Positions 29,509 to 36,996 of a stretch of 64,000 bases of DNA are shown here, one piece after another. The notes beneath the pieces were generated by a model, which worked only from the letters and a program-made list of their open reading frames with translations, ran no database searches and had not been told where the DNA came from. This DNA comes from a virus. Position numbers and translations under genes: made by a program. How positions within the stretch are numbered: position 1 is the stretch's first letter; each line of letters begins with the position of its first letter. The stretch is taken from positions 1-64,000 of the IMG/VR virus record IMGVR_UViG_3300025435_000016, one strand, 5' to 3'.

Positions 29509-29599
29509 AAGACCTGCCCGGATTCGAACCGAGATTTCTGGATTATCTATCCAACGGCTAAGGTATAAGCTTAGTGTTTTACCCTTAAACTACAGGTCC
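29509..29599 (-). tRNA. tRNA with TAT anticodon (nominal Ile) and long variable arm
   Basis: GGACCTG/CAGGTCT acceptor; CTAAG-CT-TAT-AC-CTTAG; 24-nt extra arm; TTCGAAT; no CCA. Confidence 0.75.
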
Positions 29600-29607
29600 G
29601 TAAAATA

Positions 29608-29778
29608 TTAAGGCAGTTGCTCCTCTTCTGGGTTTAGAAGCTCTTTAATCTCAGCGTTAATACGCTTAATCTCTTCATTAAATCCTTTAGCTGATGCTTT
29701 CTTGCGGATTTTCATATCCTCAAGTTCTGTACAAAGTTGAAATACTTGAGCTTCTCTAGATGGTTTTGAAGTGGTCAT
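29608..29778 (-). CDS. 56-aa coiled-coil protein (not in ORF track)
   Basis: MTTSKPSREAQVF...EIKRINAEIKELL. Confidence 0.55.
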   Translation of the reverse strand: MTTSKPSREAQVFQLCTELEDMKIRKKASAKGFNEEIKRINAEIKELLNPEEEQLP

Positions 29779-29909
29779 AATTTACCAGGACATTATATAA
29801 AGAATTTCACTAATAAGCAAGAAAATAAAAAATAAAACTGCAACCCAACTATTCCAGATATTTTGAAAAAAGATTCTAAGTGGGTTGAGCTTAATCATTA
29901 ACAATAATA

Positions 29910-30743
29910 CTACGCCAACTCTTCGGATGAGTCAAGCTTCTTCTTATCAGCTGCTTGTAATCGTTGATAGTAGAAATAAAGCTTCTTTTTGAAGTCTTTA
30001 TAATACTTGGAGAATTGCGGGTTATCTTTATTACGAAATAGAGCCTTTAAAAACCGAACCTCGTTCTTTAGATAATTTGGAAGATCTTGATCTGAAACAA
30101 TTTTCGGTGAACGGATGAACTTATCTAAGAGGCGTAAGAAACCTGTACGTTGATTCTCCCAAAATTTTCTATTTGAGCCTTTCTTTAAATTCTGAAGAAT
30201 AAGCATGTACTGACGATCCATTTCATGGATAAGAGAGGCAAGCTGAACGGGGTACTCACTAGGTGAGAGAAAATACCCTCGTTCACTTCGTATTGTCTCT
30301 CTACCACTTGGAAGCGTTCTTTTATTAAGAGCTCTCCTATACTCAGGGGTTAGTGTCTTATAGTGTTGTTTAGCGTGAAGCAGTTCATGAACAATCTTAT
30401 TACGCTTCATTAAGGTTGTAAGTTTATTGAAATGTTTATAGTAAAGCTCTATAACATTTTCCTTTCTTTCATAAGCAGCATCTGCAGCAAAATCTTCAAA
30501 TGAAACATAAACAGGAACGTAATTCTCTTCCTTTGTCTCGTTATCAAAATACTTAATTGTATTAATAAGCATTCGGTTATCCTTAATGACATCGGAAAAT
30601 CTTTTCATAGCATTATAGACGCTTAGATTCTCTTGACCGAAATACCGCTCATACGCATTAAGCGCGCCCTCTACCTGCTTATTTTCCTGGGCATTAAGCT
30701 CATAAGCTTTTTCAACTATAAAGGACTTAAAAGAAAGCATCAA
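29910..30743 (-). CDS. putative zincin-like protein with LSFKSFIVE N-terminus
   Basis: IVHELLHAKQH. Confidence 0.6.
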   Translation of the reverse strand: MMLSFKSFIVEKAYELNAQENKQVEGALNAYERYFGQENLSVYNAMKRFSDVIKDNRMLINTIKYFDNETKEENYVPVYVSFEDFAADAAYERKENVIELYYKHFNKLTTLMKRNKIVHELLHAKQHYKTLTPEYRRALNKRTLPSGRETIRSERGYFLSPSEYPVQLASLIHEMDRQYMLILQNLKKGSNRKFWENQRTGFLRLLDKFIRSPKIVSDQDLPNYLKNEVRFLKALFRNKDNPQFSKYYKDFKKKLYFYYQRLQAADKKKLDSSEELA

Positions 30744-30749
30744 TGATAC

Positions 30750-30932
30750 TTATCTATTCTGTTTAATCCTCTTATCTAGAGCTTTTGCTTTACGCTTTTT
30801 CTTATCTATCGGCGTTTCAAAATAACGCTTAGCTCTAACTGTCTCAAGAACATAATCAACGTCCATTTTATTTTTTAAACGTTTTAGGGTACGGTCAATA
30901 TCTTCCCCGCTTCTAGGTGTCACCGAATGCAT
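30750..30932 (-). CDS. rpsU: ribosomal protein bS21
   Basis: GEDIDRTLKRLKNK...VRAKRYFETP..KKKRK. Confidence 0.85.
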   Translation of the reverse strand: MHSVTPRSGEDIDRTLKRLKNKMDVDYVLETVRAKRYFETPIDKKKRKAKALDKRIKQNR

Positions 30933-30937
30933 AAAAA

Positions 30938-31411
30938 TTAATCACCAAAATATCTATTTCGACTACCAGGTCCGTGGTAGTAGTCGTGCATCGTATCAGC
31001 GTGGCTCTTCTCTTTCTCTACTTCTTTCATATCAGCTGGCTGAACATCTTTAATAGCAATTTCTTTTCTTAACTCTTCAGGAGTACTACCAAATCCTGAA
31101 TGATTTATCTTGTTCCAGAACTCATCTTCAGAGTGAGCAAAGATGTGACGTATATCAGGGCGTCCACTAGAGTGAGACTTATACTCCCAGCTTATGGCTT
31201 TCTTAGTCTTAGGATCAAACTTATAATTAGTCGTATAGAGGATCTCGTAAGTATACTTCTTTAAGCTTTTTTCTTGATTAGCGTCATTTTGAGCTGTTTC
31301 TTTATCTTCGTGATCAAGAGCTCCAGCACGAAGGTCATCTGAGTTAAAATCTTTATCTGATTCGTGATAAATTCTTGTATACGCTTCGGCAATAAGTTGT
31401 TCGTCGTTCAT
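30938..31411 (-). CDS. hypothetical late protein
   Basis: MNDEQLIAEAY; TAAATA upstream. Confidence 0.6.
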   Translation of the reverse strand: MNDEQLIAEAYTRIYHESDKDFNSDDLRAGALDHEDKETAQNDANQEKSLKKYTYEILYTTNYKFDPKTKKAISWEYKSHSSGRPDIRHIFAHSEDEFWNKINHSGFGSTPEELRKEIAIKDVQPADMKEVEKEKSHADTMHDYYHGPGSRNRYFGD

Positions 31412-31426
31412 ATGTCGAATTATTTA

Positions 31427-31753
31427 TTAAAAATCATCGTTGTTTTCTATAATAGCAGTCTCTGCTTTAAGTTTTTCAAGATAAGCTACAATTTCTTGGG
31501 TTACAAGCTCTTTTGCTTCTTCTTCCATCCATCCATAATGACAAATAGCTTCATTACTCTTTCGTTCTTCAATAAGATAACAGAGTTCACTAAGCTCAGA
31601 GAAAATAGCTTTGACTCTCTGATTATGTCCACGAACAAAATCAGCACGAGATAGCTCATGATTAATGATTCTATTCTGTACATACCAGTTATAGATATGC
31701 TTATTGAATTCCTCTGTTAGTTCGATTTCCTCTAATGTATATTCTTCACTCAT
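31427..31753 (-). CDS. hypothetical protein
   Basis: likely start MSEEY. Confidence 0.55.
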   Translation of the reverse strand: MSEEYTLEEIELTEEFNKHIYNWYVQNRIINHELSRADFVRGHNQRVKAIFSELSELCYLIEERKSNEAICHYGWMEEEAKELVTQEIVAYLEKLKAETAIIENNDDF

Positions 31754-31946
31754 TTTCTGGTAATTTCCATACAATATATCCCGCTCTCTCGTCGTAGTCA
31801 AGCGAAAGGGACATAAACTTTTGATACAATGACCAACAGGGACCTGAGATAAGTTTACGGGTAATTTCATTCCAATCCGTCCAGCAAATTACCTTCCAGG
31901 TAAAATCACCTAGATGGTAAAAAAGTATAGCTAAGAACTCGTTCAT
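31746..31946 (-). CDS. hypothetical protein
   Basis: coupled ORF. Confidence 0.5.
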   Translation of the reverse strand: MNEFLAILFYHLGDFTWKVICWTDWNEITRKLISGPCWSLYQKFMSLSLDYDERAGYIVWKLPENE

Positions 31947-32374
31947 ATAGATATATAATCACCGTTGTTATCAGACCAAATAATTTGTTTAAAGTTATGA
32001 TACTTTAATAAGCTGTCACAACTCGAACAAGGTTTGGCTAAAGAAACATTATCCTTTCTATCAAAACGGATATTAACTAATGTACACTTTTTAGTATCAA
32101 AGTTTGTTAGTCGTTTAAGTTTGAGGATAGCATTAAGCTCGGAACATGTTTGCTTATACTCAGAATAATCCTCTCCTGTTATCTTCGATATCTTTCTATT
32201 AATGAGATTTAAGGGATGAGTCTTATTGCAATTCATCCCTGTAGCGATTAATCGATTTTTATAAAGAATAAAAGTAAAGTGTCTACAACGATTGCTATTA
32301 TTAGTACTAAGAAGAGAACGTGCAGTATCCTCTAACTGACGTAATACAGAACTTCTCTTCTTGGTTCTTGTCAT
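31943..32374 (-). CDS. cytidine-deaminase-fold protein
   Basis: IATGMN..KTHP; CSELNAI; AKPCSSC. Confidence 0.7.
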   Translation of the reverse strand: MTRTKKRSSVLRQLEDTARSLLSTNNSNRCRHFTFILYKNRLIATGMNCNKTHPLNLINRKISKITGEDYSEYKQTCSELNAILKLKRLTNFDTKKCTLVNIRFDRKDNVSLAKPCSSCDSLLKYHNFKQIIWSDNNGDYISI

Positions 32375-32610
32375 TTCTTAGTAATGACTCGCTTTTTGAC
32401 AAAGATATTAACCTTAGCTTTCTCCATTGTTTTCTCTACAATAATAAAGCGGAATGGCTTCTTTTCGTATTTATTTTGCTCCTGAATAAGAGCTCGACGT
32501 AGAATAGCATCTCTCTCTTCAATAGTACAGTCAGTGATAAATGGTACTTCAAGAGTATATTTGACTTCGTTCTTAGGATTTGATTTTGCTTTTGTCGGTT
32601 GTTTAGCCAT
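32371..32610 (-). CDS. hypothetical protein
   Basis: ORF. Confidence 0.5.
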   Translation of the reverse strand: MAKQPTKAKSNPKNEVKYTLEVPFITDCTIEERDAILRRALIQEQNKYEKKPFRFIIVEKTMEKAKVNIFVKKRVITKK

Positions 32611-32654
32611 TCCTATATACTATAGGATTTCTAATAAGATACAAGCTTAAACTT

Positions 32655-32828
32655 TTATTGACAGTGATAATTTTGATAACGGCGAGCAGCCTTAGCCGTT
32701 AATCCGCCTTTACGTTCTAATCCCCGTGCTTTGGAGCAGGTCAATTTACCCTTTACCTGACGCTTAAGAATACCAGGATGACGAGGTTCATCAATACTCT
32801 TCTCTAAAACATACTCTTTAAATGTCAT
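32655..32828 (-). CDS. small basic late protein
   Basis: MTFKEYVLEK start after TAAATA. Confidence 0.6.
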   Translation of the reverse strand: MTFKEYVLEKSIDEPRHPGILKRQVKGKLTCSKARGLERKGGLTAKAARRYQNYHCQ

Positions 32829-32846
32829 AAGAGTATTTATTAAAAA

Positions 32847-32924
32847 TGGAGCGTCAAGTAGGATTTGCACCTACGGCTTTAGAGTTTTGCAGGCTCTTCC
32901 TTTGGGCTTCTCAGGCATTGACGC
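32847..32924 (-). tRNA. tRNA-Cys(GCA)
   Basis: CT-GCA-AA loop, U73, CCA. Confidence 0.85.
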
Positions 32925-32941
32925 ATTTAGATTATTTAAAG

Positions 32942-32970
32942 ATTATATAGCCTCTGACGCTCAAATACAA
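32942..32970 (-). promoter_or_regulatory. sigma70-type promoter for tRNA-Cys
   Basis: TTGTAT-17-TATAAT. Confidence 0.65.
32952..32965. repeat. 14-bp inverted repeat flanking hsp20, left copy
   Basis: CTCTGACGCTCAAA; reverse complement at 33516-33529. Confidence 0.85.
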
Positions 32971-32985
32971 GGCTAAAATAAAACT

Positions 32986-33468
32986 TTAATTAACCTTCAC
33001 GTCGATGTTTACGACCTCCGGTTTTACAACAGGGACCTTAACTCGAAGTAGTCCGTCTGTGTATGTTGATGAGATGTTCTTAATGTCCGTATTGTCATTA
33101 AGGGTGAAGGACAATTGTCCCTTCCTCCTACTAATGCCTCTGCGGTGGAAGTGGATGGTCTCATCATATTCCTCTTCCTCTTTATTAACATTAATGTGGA
33201 GTCGACCCTCCTTAACATTAACGGTAATATTATCCTTACCAACTCCTGCCAATGCTACTTCAATGTAGTAAGCATATGGATTCCCATCAGGATCGGTTTC
33301 CGATACGATGTTATAAGGATATGTTGCATTTGGAATATCAAACGCTTTATCAAAATCCTTGATAACGCTTGTTAACCAACTTTCGTTAAACAGGCCTGGA
33401 AGTTGGCTATAACCAAGACCTGATGCCGGAATGACCCGACCTAGTGTGTATGTGTTGTGTGTTGTCAT
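32986..33468 (-). CDS. small heat shock protein Hsp20
   Basis: YPYNI; IEVALAG; RGISRR; DGLLRV; AAGGAG SD. Confidence 0.9.
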   Translation of the reverse strand: MTTHNTYTLGRVIPASGLGYSQLPGLFNESWLTSVIKDFDKAFDIPNATYPYNIVSETDPDGNPYAYYIEVALAGVGKDNITVNVKEGRLHINVNKEEEEYDETIHFHRRGISRRKGQLSFTLNDNTDIKNISSTYTDGLLRVKVPVVKPEVVNIDVKVN

Positions 33469-33515
33469 ATGTGTTCTCCTTTGTTAAGCGAGTTAATATG
33501 TCGTACCTCAGCCTT

Positions 33516-33529
33516 TTTGAGCGTCAGAG
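33516..33529. repeat. 14-bp inverted repeat flanking hsp20, right copy
   Basis: TTTGAGCGTCAGAG in the 5' leader. Confidence 0.85.
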
Positions 33530-33538
33530 CTACAAAAT

Positions 33539-33546
33539 TATTTATA
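33539..33546 (-). promoter_or_regulatory. T4-like late promoter of hsp20
   Basis: TATAAATA. Confidence 0.65.
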
Positions 33547-33568
33547 TAGGCTATTTTCTAGATAGCAA

Positions 33569-34243
33569 TTAAATTTTTATTTTTTCTTTGTAAGGTTTAA
33601 AGAAATTTTTTAATTCAAGAATAACAGATGTTAAATTATCTATTTCTTTCTTATTAAACTTTGTTTTAGACTTTAAAGAATGAAATTCTGTAGAGAGATA
33701 GGCTTGTAACTCATCATCGATAACAGATTTATAATAACCGAGATCCAAGAGAACCCTTTCAGCCTTTTTATAAACAGACTTATGAAGTCTTTTAAGTATC
33801 TCTTTTGTCCTCTTTTTGTATTCTTTATCTAGAAAGAAGAGAGCGTGAGCGCATTCATGTGCTATTGTACTCTTATCGCTATTTGACCCAATGAGATAAT
33901 AATGACTATTACCTACTTCAGCTATAATTGTTTTATGGATATCAAGAATAATATCATCGTAGATGTTTTGATCATCGATTCCTCCCTTATATAATGCTTC
34001 AACAATAGGACCAGGGATATTAAACCCACCCCAGTCAATAGGGTATGAGAATGAACCATCGTTCTTTTTAGCATATCTAGACATGAGTTCAATTAACGTA
34101 AACTTCTTTCCGCGAATCTCCTTGATTGGTGATTCGTAATATTCTTGAACCCTACAGAAGGTCATTGCCAGATCGTACATATTCTCTATTTTACAGAGAT
34201 AGATACCAGGATATAGATTTTTTAAAGAATATTTAACCTTCAT
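33569..34243 (-). CDS. putative zincin-like protein
   Basis: RVQEYYESP; IAHECAHALF; DELQAY. Confidence 0.6.
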   Translation of the reverse strand: MKVKYSLKNLYPGIYLCKIENMYDLAMTFCRVQEYYESPIKEIRGKKFTLIELMSRYAKKNDGSFSYPIDWGGFNIPGPIVEALYKGGIDDQNIYDDIILDIHKTIIAEVGNSHYYLIGSNSDKSTIAHECAHALFFLDKEYKKRTKEILKRLHKSVYKKAERVLLDLGYYKSVIDDELQAYLSTEFHSLKSKTKFNKKEIDNLTSVILELKNFFKPYKEKIKI

Positions 34244-34254
34244 TATTTATTTAT

Positions 34255-34330
34255 TGGCATTCCCGACGGGATTCGAACCCGTGCTAGATCCGTGAGAGGG
34301 ATCGGTGCTAGGCCACTACACTACGGGAAC
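34255..34330 (-). tRNA. tRNA-Glu(CTC)
   Basis: GATCC-CT-CTC-AC-GGATC, TTCGAAT, CCA. Confidence 0.92.
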
Positions 34331-34340
34331 CAAAATAAAG

Positions 34341-34382
34341 ACCGGGCGTGAGATAGCTTGCATGTGCAGAGGCCCGCCCGGT
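34341..34382 (-). terminator. GC-rich stem with large loop before a U-tract
   Basis: ACCGGGCG/CGCCCGGT then CTTTATTTT. Confidence 0.5.
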
Positions 34383-34395
34383 TTACTATTATTAC

Positions 34396-35496
34396 TTAGG
34401 CTTGGAGATTTGCAGGGGCAACTTCACGGAATGGATCCGGAGCTACAGAAGCAAAATCAGGTCCCTTGAAGAACAACTCCGAAGCAAGTCGGTTGAGCTC
34501 CATCCTGAACGCTACGTCTCTATCAGCGGTACTATGGGTAGCAACGTTAGTGATCTTGTTAAAGAGATCATAAGCGTTGATGTTCGAGTTAGCTGTTGAC
34601 TGCCAGCGAGACCCCTTAGAACGATTGAGATCGATACCTACCTCCTTATAACGAGCACGAATTTCGTGATCGGAGAATGCAGATACCGCTAGCTCCTTAT
34701 TATACTTCATCGTAAGACCGCGAGCTGCATTAAACTCCCTAAGAGAAGCGTTATTGTTCCTGAGGCGGTTTGCGTTAGCAGAGACTTCCTGACGGAGAGC
34801 GTCACCAGTCAAGAACTTACGAACCTGGGTGTCAAAGGTCTTCTGGCTGAAGTCTGCACTATCAATGAAGCGCTGGGCCATACGATGGACAGCAGTCATT
34901 CCGTTAGAGCAAACCAAACGAAGGAGATAAGGAAAGAACTGAGACTTGTTAAGAGAGAAGTTCATTCCAAAACCACCCTTCCACATATCATGACCATCTC
35001 CGAATACATCGATATCAGAATCTGGATTCTTAAAGTTAATGCCAATACTAATATTAACAGGATCGAAATCGAAGTTTCGAAGCTCAAGGTTATTCTCGTT
35101 ATCCTTCAAGAAAGCCTCAGTGTAGCGAAGACCGGCTGAAAGGTCAATCTGACGCTCTTCCTTAATAGGACGATCGAAGACATTAACAATCTCCTGATTA
35201 TGACTATTAACAATTGCGGTCACACGCTTGTTCTTCTTAATGTTCGTAAGAGCATTATGGAGAGGAGCCCACTGAGAGCTGTCATCCTTAATCTCGTTAA
35301 CGAGTTGATCCTTAACTCCAAGAACTCCGAGAAGACTCTTAAGAGAGGTACCAGCTAGGCGATTGTTATTATAAGAAAAGGTATTACCACTCTTCTCAAT
35401 TGACTCAATATCCAAAGGTGCGAGGGTATAGCCTTGCAGCGTTTGGCGAATATCGTTGCTCTTGGCGACGAACGTATCTAGTGTTGTTGTACTCAT
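34396..35496 (-). CDS. DUF932/DUF945-like protein
   Basis: LLRLVCSNGM; AYDLFNKITNVATH. Confidence 0.65.
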   Translation of the reverse strand: MSTTTLDTFVAKSNDIRQTLQGYTLAPLDIESIEKSGNTFSYNNNRLAGTSLKSLLGVLGVKDQLVNEIKDDSSQWAPLHNALTNIKKNKRVTAIVNSHNQEIVNVFDRPIKEERQIDLSAGLRYTEAFLKDNENNLELRNFDFDPVNISIGINFKNPDSDIDVFGDGHDMWKGGFGMNFSLNKSQFFPYLLRLVCSNGMTAVHRMAQRFIDSADFSQKTFDTQVRKFLTGDALRQEVSANANRLRNNNASLREFNAARGLTMKYNKELAVSAFSDHEIRARYKEVGIDLNRSKGSRWQSTANSNINAYDLFNKITNVATHSTADRDVAFRMELNRLASELFFKGPDFASVAPDPFREVAPANLQA

Positions 35497-35505
35497 GACC
35501 CCTTT

Positions 35506-35534
35506 ATAATAAGGGCACTCGAAAAGGAAATCCA
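35506..35534 (-). promoter_or_regulatory. sigma70-type promoter with TTCCT motif
   Basis: TGGATT-17(tccttt...)-TATTAT. Confidence 0.5.
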
Positions 35535-35537
35535 GAA

Positions 35538-35666
35538 TTATTTTTTGATTCCCTTAAAATACTTTACAATTCTATTAGAAAATTTATAAAAAAACATTAA
35601 GCCATAAGCTGTTATAAAGCCTAAAGTAAAAACCCCAACCATTGCAGCTTCAAATGGGCCGAGCAC
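35538..35666 (-). CDS. 42-aa single-TM peptide (not in ORF track)
   Basis: GTG start after TAAATA; MLGPFEAAMVGVFTLGF...KGIKK. Confidence 0.4.
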   Translation of the reverse strand: MLGPFEAAMVGVFTLGFITAYGLMFFYKFSNRIVKYFKGIKK

Positions 35667-35683
35667 ATAATTATTTAATCTCT

Positions 35684-36103
35684 TTAAACTTTGATTTTAT
35701 TAAAGAGATCGGCAGAACAGTTATTCGTTGATGCATAACCGTGATCTACTAATAAACAAGGAATACCTGCCATTTCAGCTAATGTACATACCTCTACCAT
35801 GTCATCAACATGTAAAGTACTATTTAACTCCTTTAATTTTTGTGTCTTATTACAACCGGAGGTATTATGAATACCTTTAATAGGTAGATTATGTTTTTTA
35901 ATAAATGTTTCGACTTCAGGGAGATCAGAATCCTTTCGAAAGGTAACAATATGACAATCAAAACCTTCTTCATACTTTTCAAAGACCATATCGCAAATCT
36001 TTGCTATAGGTTTTAATTCACCATCACCAACAGCAATCCAGCCACTGGAAAAAGTTTCCATGGCTAATGTATGGTCAAAGTCAAATGTTATTACCGGTCT
36101 CAT
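35684..36103 (-). CDS. HAD-superfamily hydrolase
   Basis: FDFDHTL; IVTFR; HVDD. Confidence 0.8.
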   Translation of the reverse strand: MRPVITFDFDHTLAMETFSSGWIAVGDGELKPIAKICDMVFEKYEEGFDCHIVTFRKDSDLPEVETFIKKHNLPIKGIHNTSGCNKTQKLKELNSTLHVDDMVEVCTLAEMAGIPCLLVDHGYASTNNCSADLFNKIKV

Positions 36104-36138
36104 CAGATGATTATATATCTTTTATACATTATAGCAAG

Positions 36139-36173
36139 AAAAACCCCTACTACCTGATCAGGGCAATAGGGGT
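36139..36173 (-). terminator. intrinsic terminator closing the RNA operon
   Basis: ACCCCTATTGCC...GGTAGTAGGGGT then TTTTCTT. Confidence 0.8.
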
Positions 36174-36486
36174 GAGTTCGAACTCTGTTTTCCATTTCTT
36201 TATCTCTCTGCATTTTAGGGATAGCGACTCCTTTCCGGACTTGAGACCGGCAACTGGTAGCATTACTAAAGAGGTGATTGAAAGGATTTTATTCCGGATT
36301 TTGTTCCTTCCTTAACGGAGATCAGGCATGGAGCCTCTACTTCCGTCCAGCTTGTGTTTAATCAATACGTTAGGATCAAAGCTTACCGTAGGTGTTTGGC
36401 TCCCCTAACTTGAATAAGGACTACTAACATACCAACAAGCAACTCATCCTTACCCCTCTCTAGGATAATTCCTACAACTAGAGAGT
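36174..36486 (-). ncRNA. unidentified ~310-nt structured RNA
   Basis: no sense ORF, raised GC, multiple helices, potential GGAGCC/GGCTCC loop-loop pair. Confidence 0.6.
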
Positions 36487-36496
36487 ATTAATTTTA

Positions 36497-36605
36497 TGAC
36501 CGGGGTGGTTAATCCATCCTTGTGCAGCGGTTGATAAACGCGTTTTAGAGCAACCTAGTCACCCGCACGTACGGTAGCTCTTTCGATCGAGCCTGCGAAC
36601 GGTCA
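36497..36605 (-). ncRNA. unidentified 109-nt four-way-junction RNA
   Basis: closing TGACCG/CGGTCA plus three hairpins. Confidence 0.6.
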
Positions 36606-36618
36606 AATTATTAAAATG

Positions 36619-36633
36619 TACTATCAAAGATCA
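36619..36633 (-). promoter_or_regulatory. boxA-like element
   Basis: TGATCTTTGATAGTA, identical to 37645-37659. Confidence 0.65.
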
Positions 36634-36647
36634 ATTCTTATTCTCTT

Positions 36648-36676
36648 AATATAGTGCCTGAATAAGGAAGTGGCAA
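36648..36676 (-). promoter_or_regulatory. sigma70-type promoter for ncRNAs
   Basis: TTGCCA-17(cttcctt...)-TATATT. Confidence 0.6.
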
Positions 36677-36684
36677 CTAAAAAA

Positions 36685-36758
36685 TGGAGCCTAGTGACAG
36701 AATCGAACTGTCAAGACGGATTTACAAAAACCGCATTATACCATTTAATTAACCAGGC
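36685..36758 (-). tRNA. tRNA-Thr(TGT)
   Basis: TT-TGT-AA loop, TTCGATT, CCA; one mismatch in anticodon stem. Confidence 0.85.
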
Positions 36759-36763
36759 AAATT

Positions 36764-36836
36764 TGGCAGAGGAAGGAGTTGAACCTTCTATTTCAACGTT
36801 ATGAGCGTTGCGAGATGACCGTTTCTCTACTCTGCG
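36764..36836 (-). tRNA. tRNA-Met(CAT), initiator-like
   Basis: C1xC72 mismatch, A11-U24, CT-CAT-AA; no CCA. Confidence 0.8.
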
Positions 36837-36844
36837 TTAAAAAA

Positions 36845-36968
36845 TTGTAAGTTCCTTTGTCCTAAAAACTTGAAGCGTCCTTCATTATGTATTAGTTTTG
36901 TACGAACTTACGACGAACCGGTTCCATGCATACAACCTTTCGAACAGCTGTAGAGAGGGTTTTGCCGA
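36845..36968 (-). ncRNA. unidentified ~125-nt two-domain structured RNA
   Basis: TACAGC/GTTGTA, GTAAGTTC/GAACTTAC, AAAACT/AGTTTT, TGAAG/CTTCA stems. Confidence 0.5.
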
Positions 36969-36996
36969 TTACTGTAAAGTGGTGGAGGCGAGGGGA

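Noticed and set aside
36067-36315. 82-aa + strand ORF
   Set aside because: Antisense to the terminator and structured RNA and overlaps the HAD gene; likely spurious
36174-36486. RNase P RNA
   Set aside because: ACAAAATCCGG and AAGTCCGG resemble conserved regions but are in the wrong order, and GAGGAA is missing; not supportable without a model search
36845-36968. c-di-GMP riboswitch, hammerhead or theta ribozyme
   Set aside because: GGCAAA and GAAA fragments are present, but the full consensus (GACGCAAAG, CTGATGA, HDV nested pseudoknot) was not found
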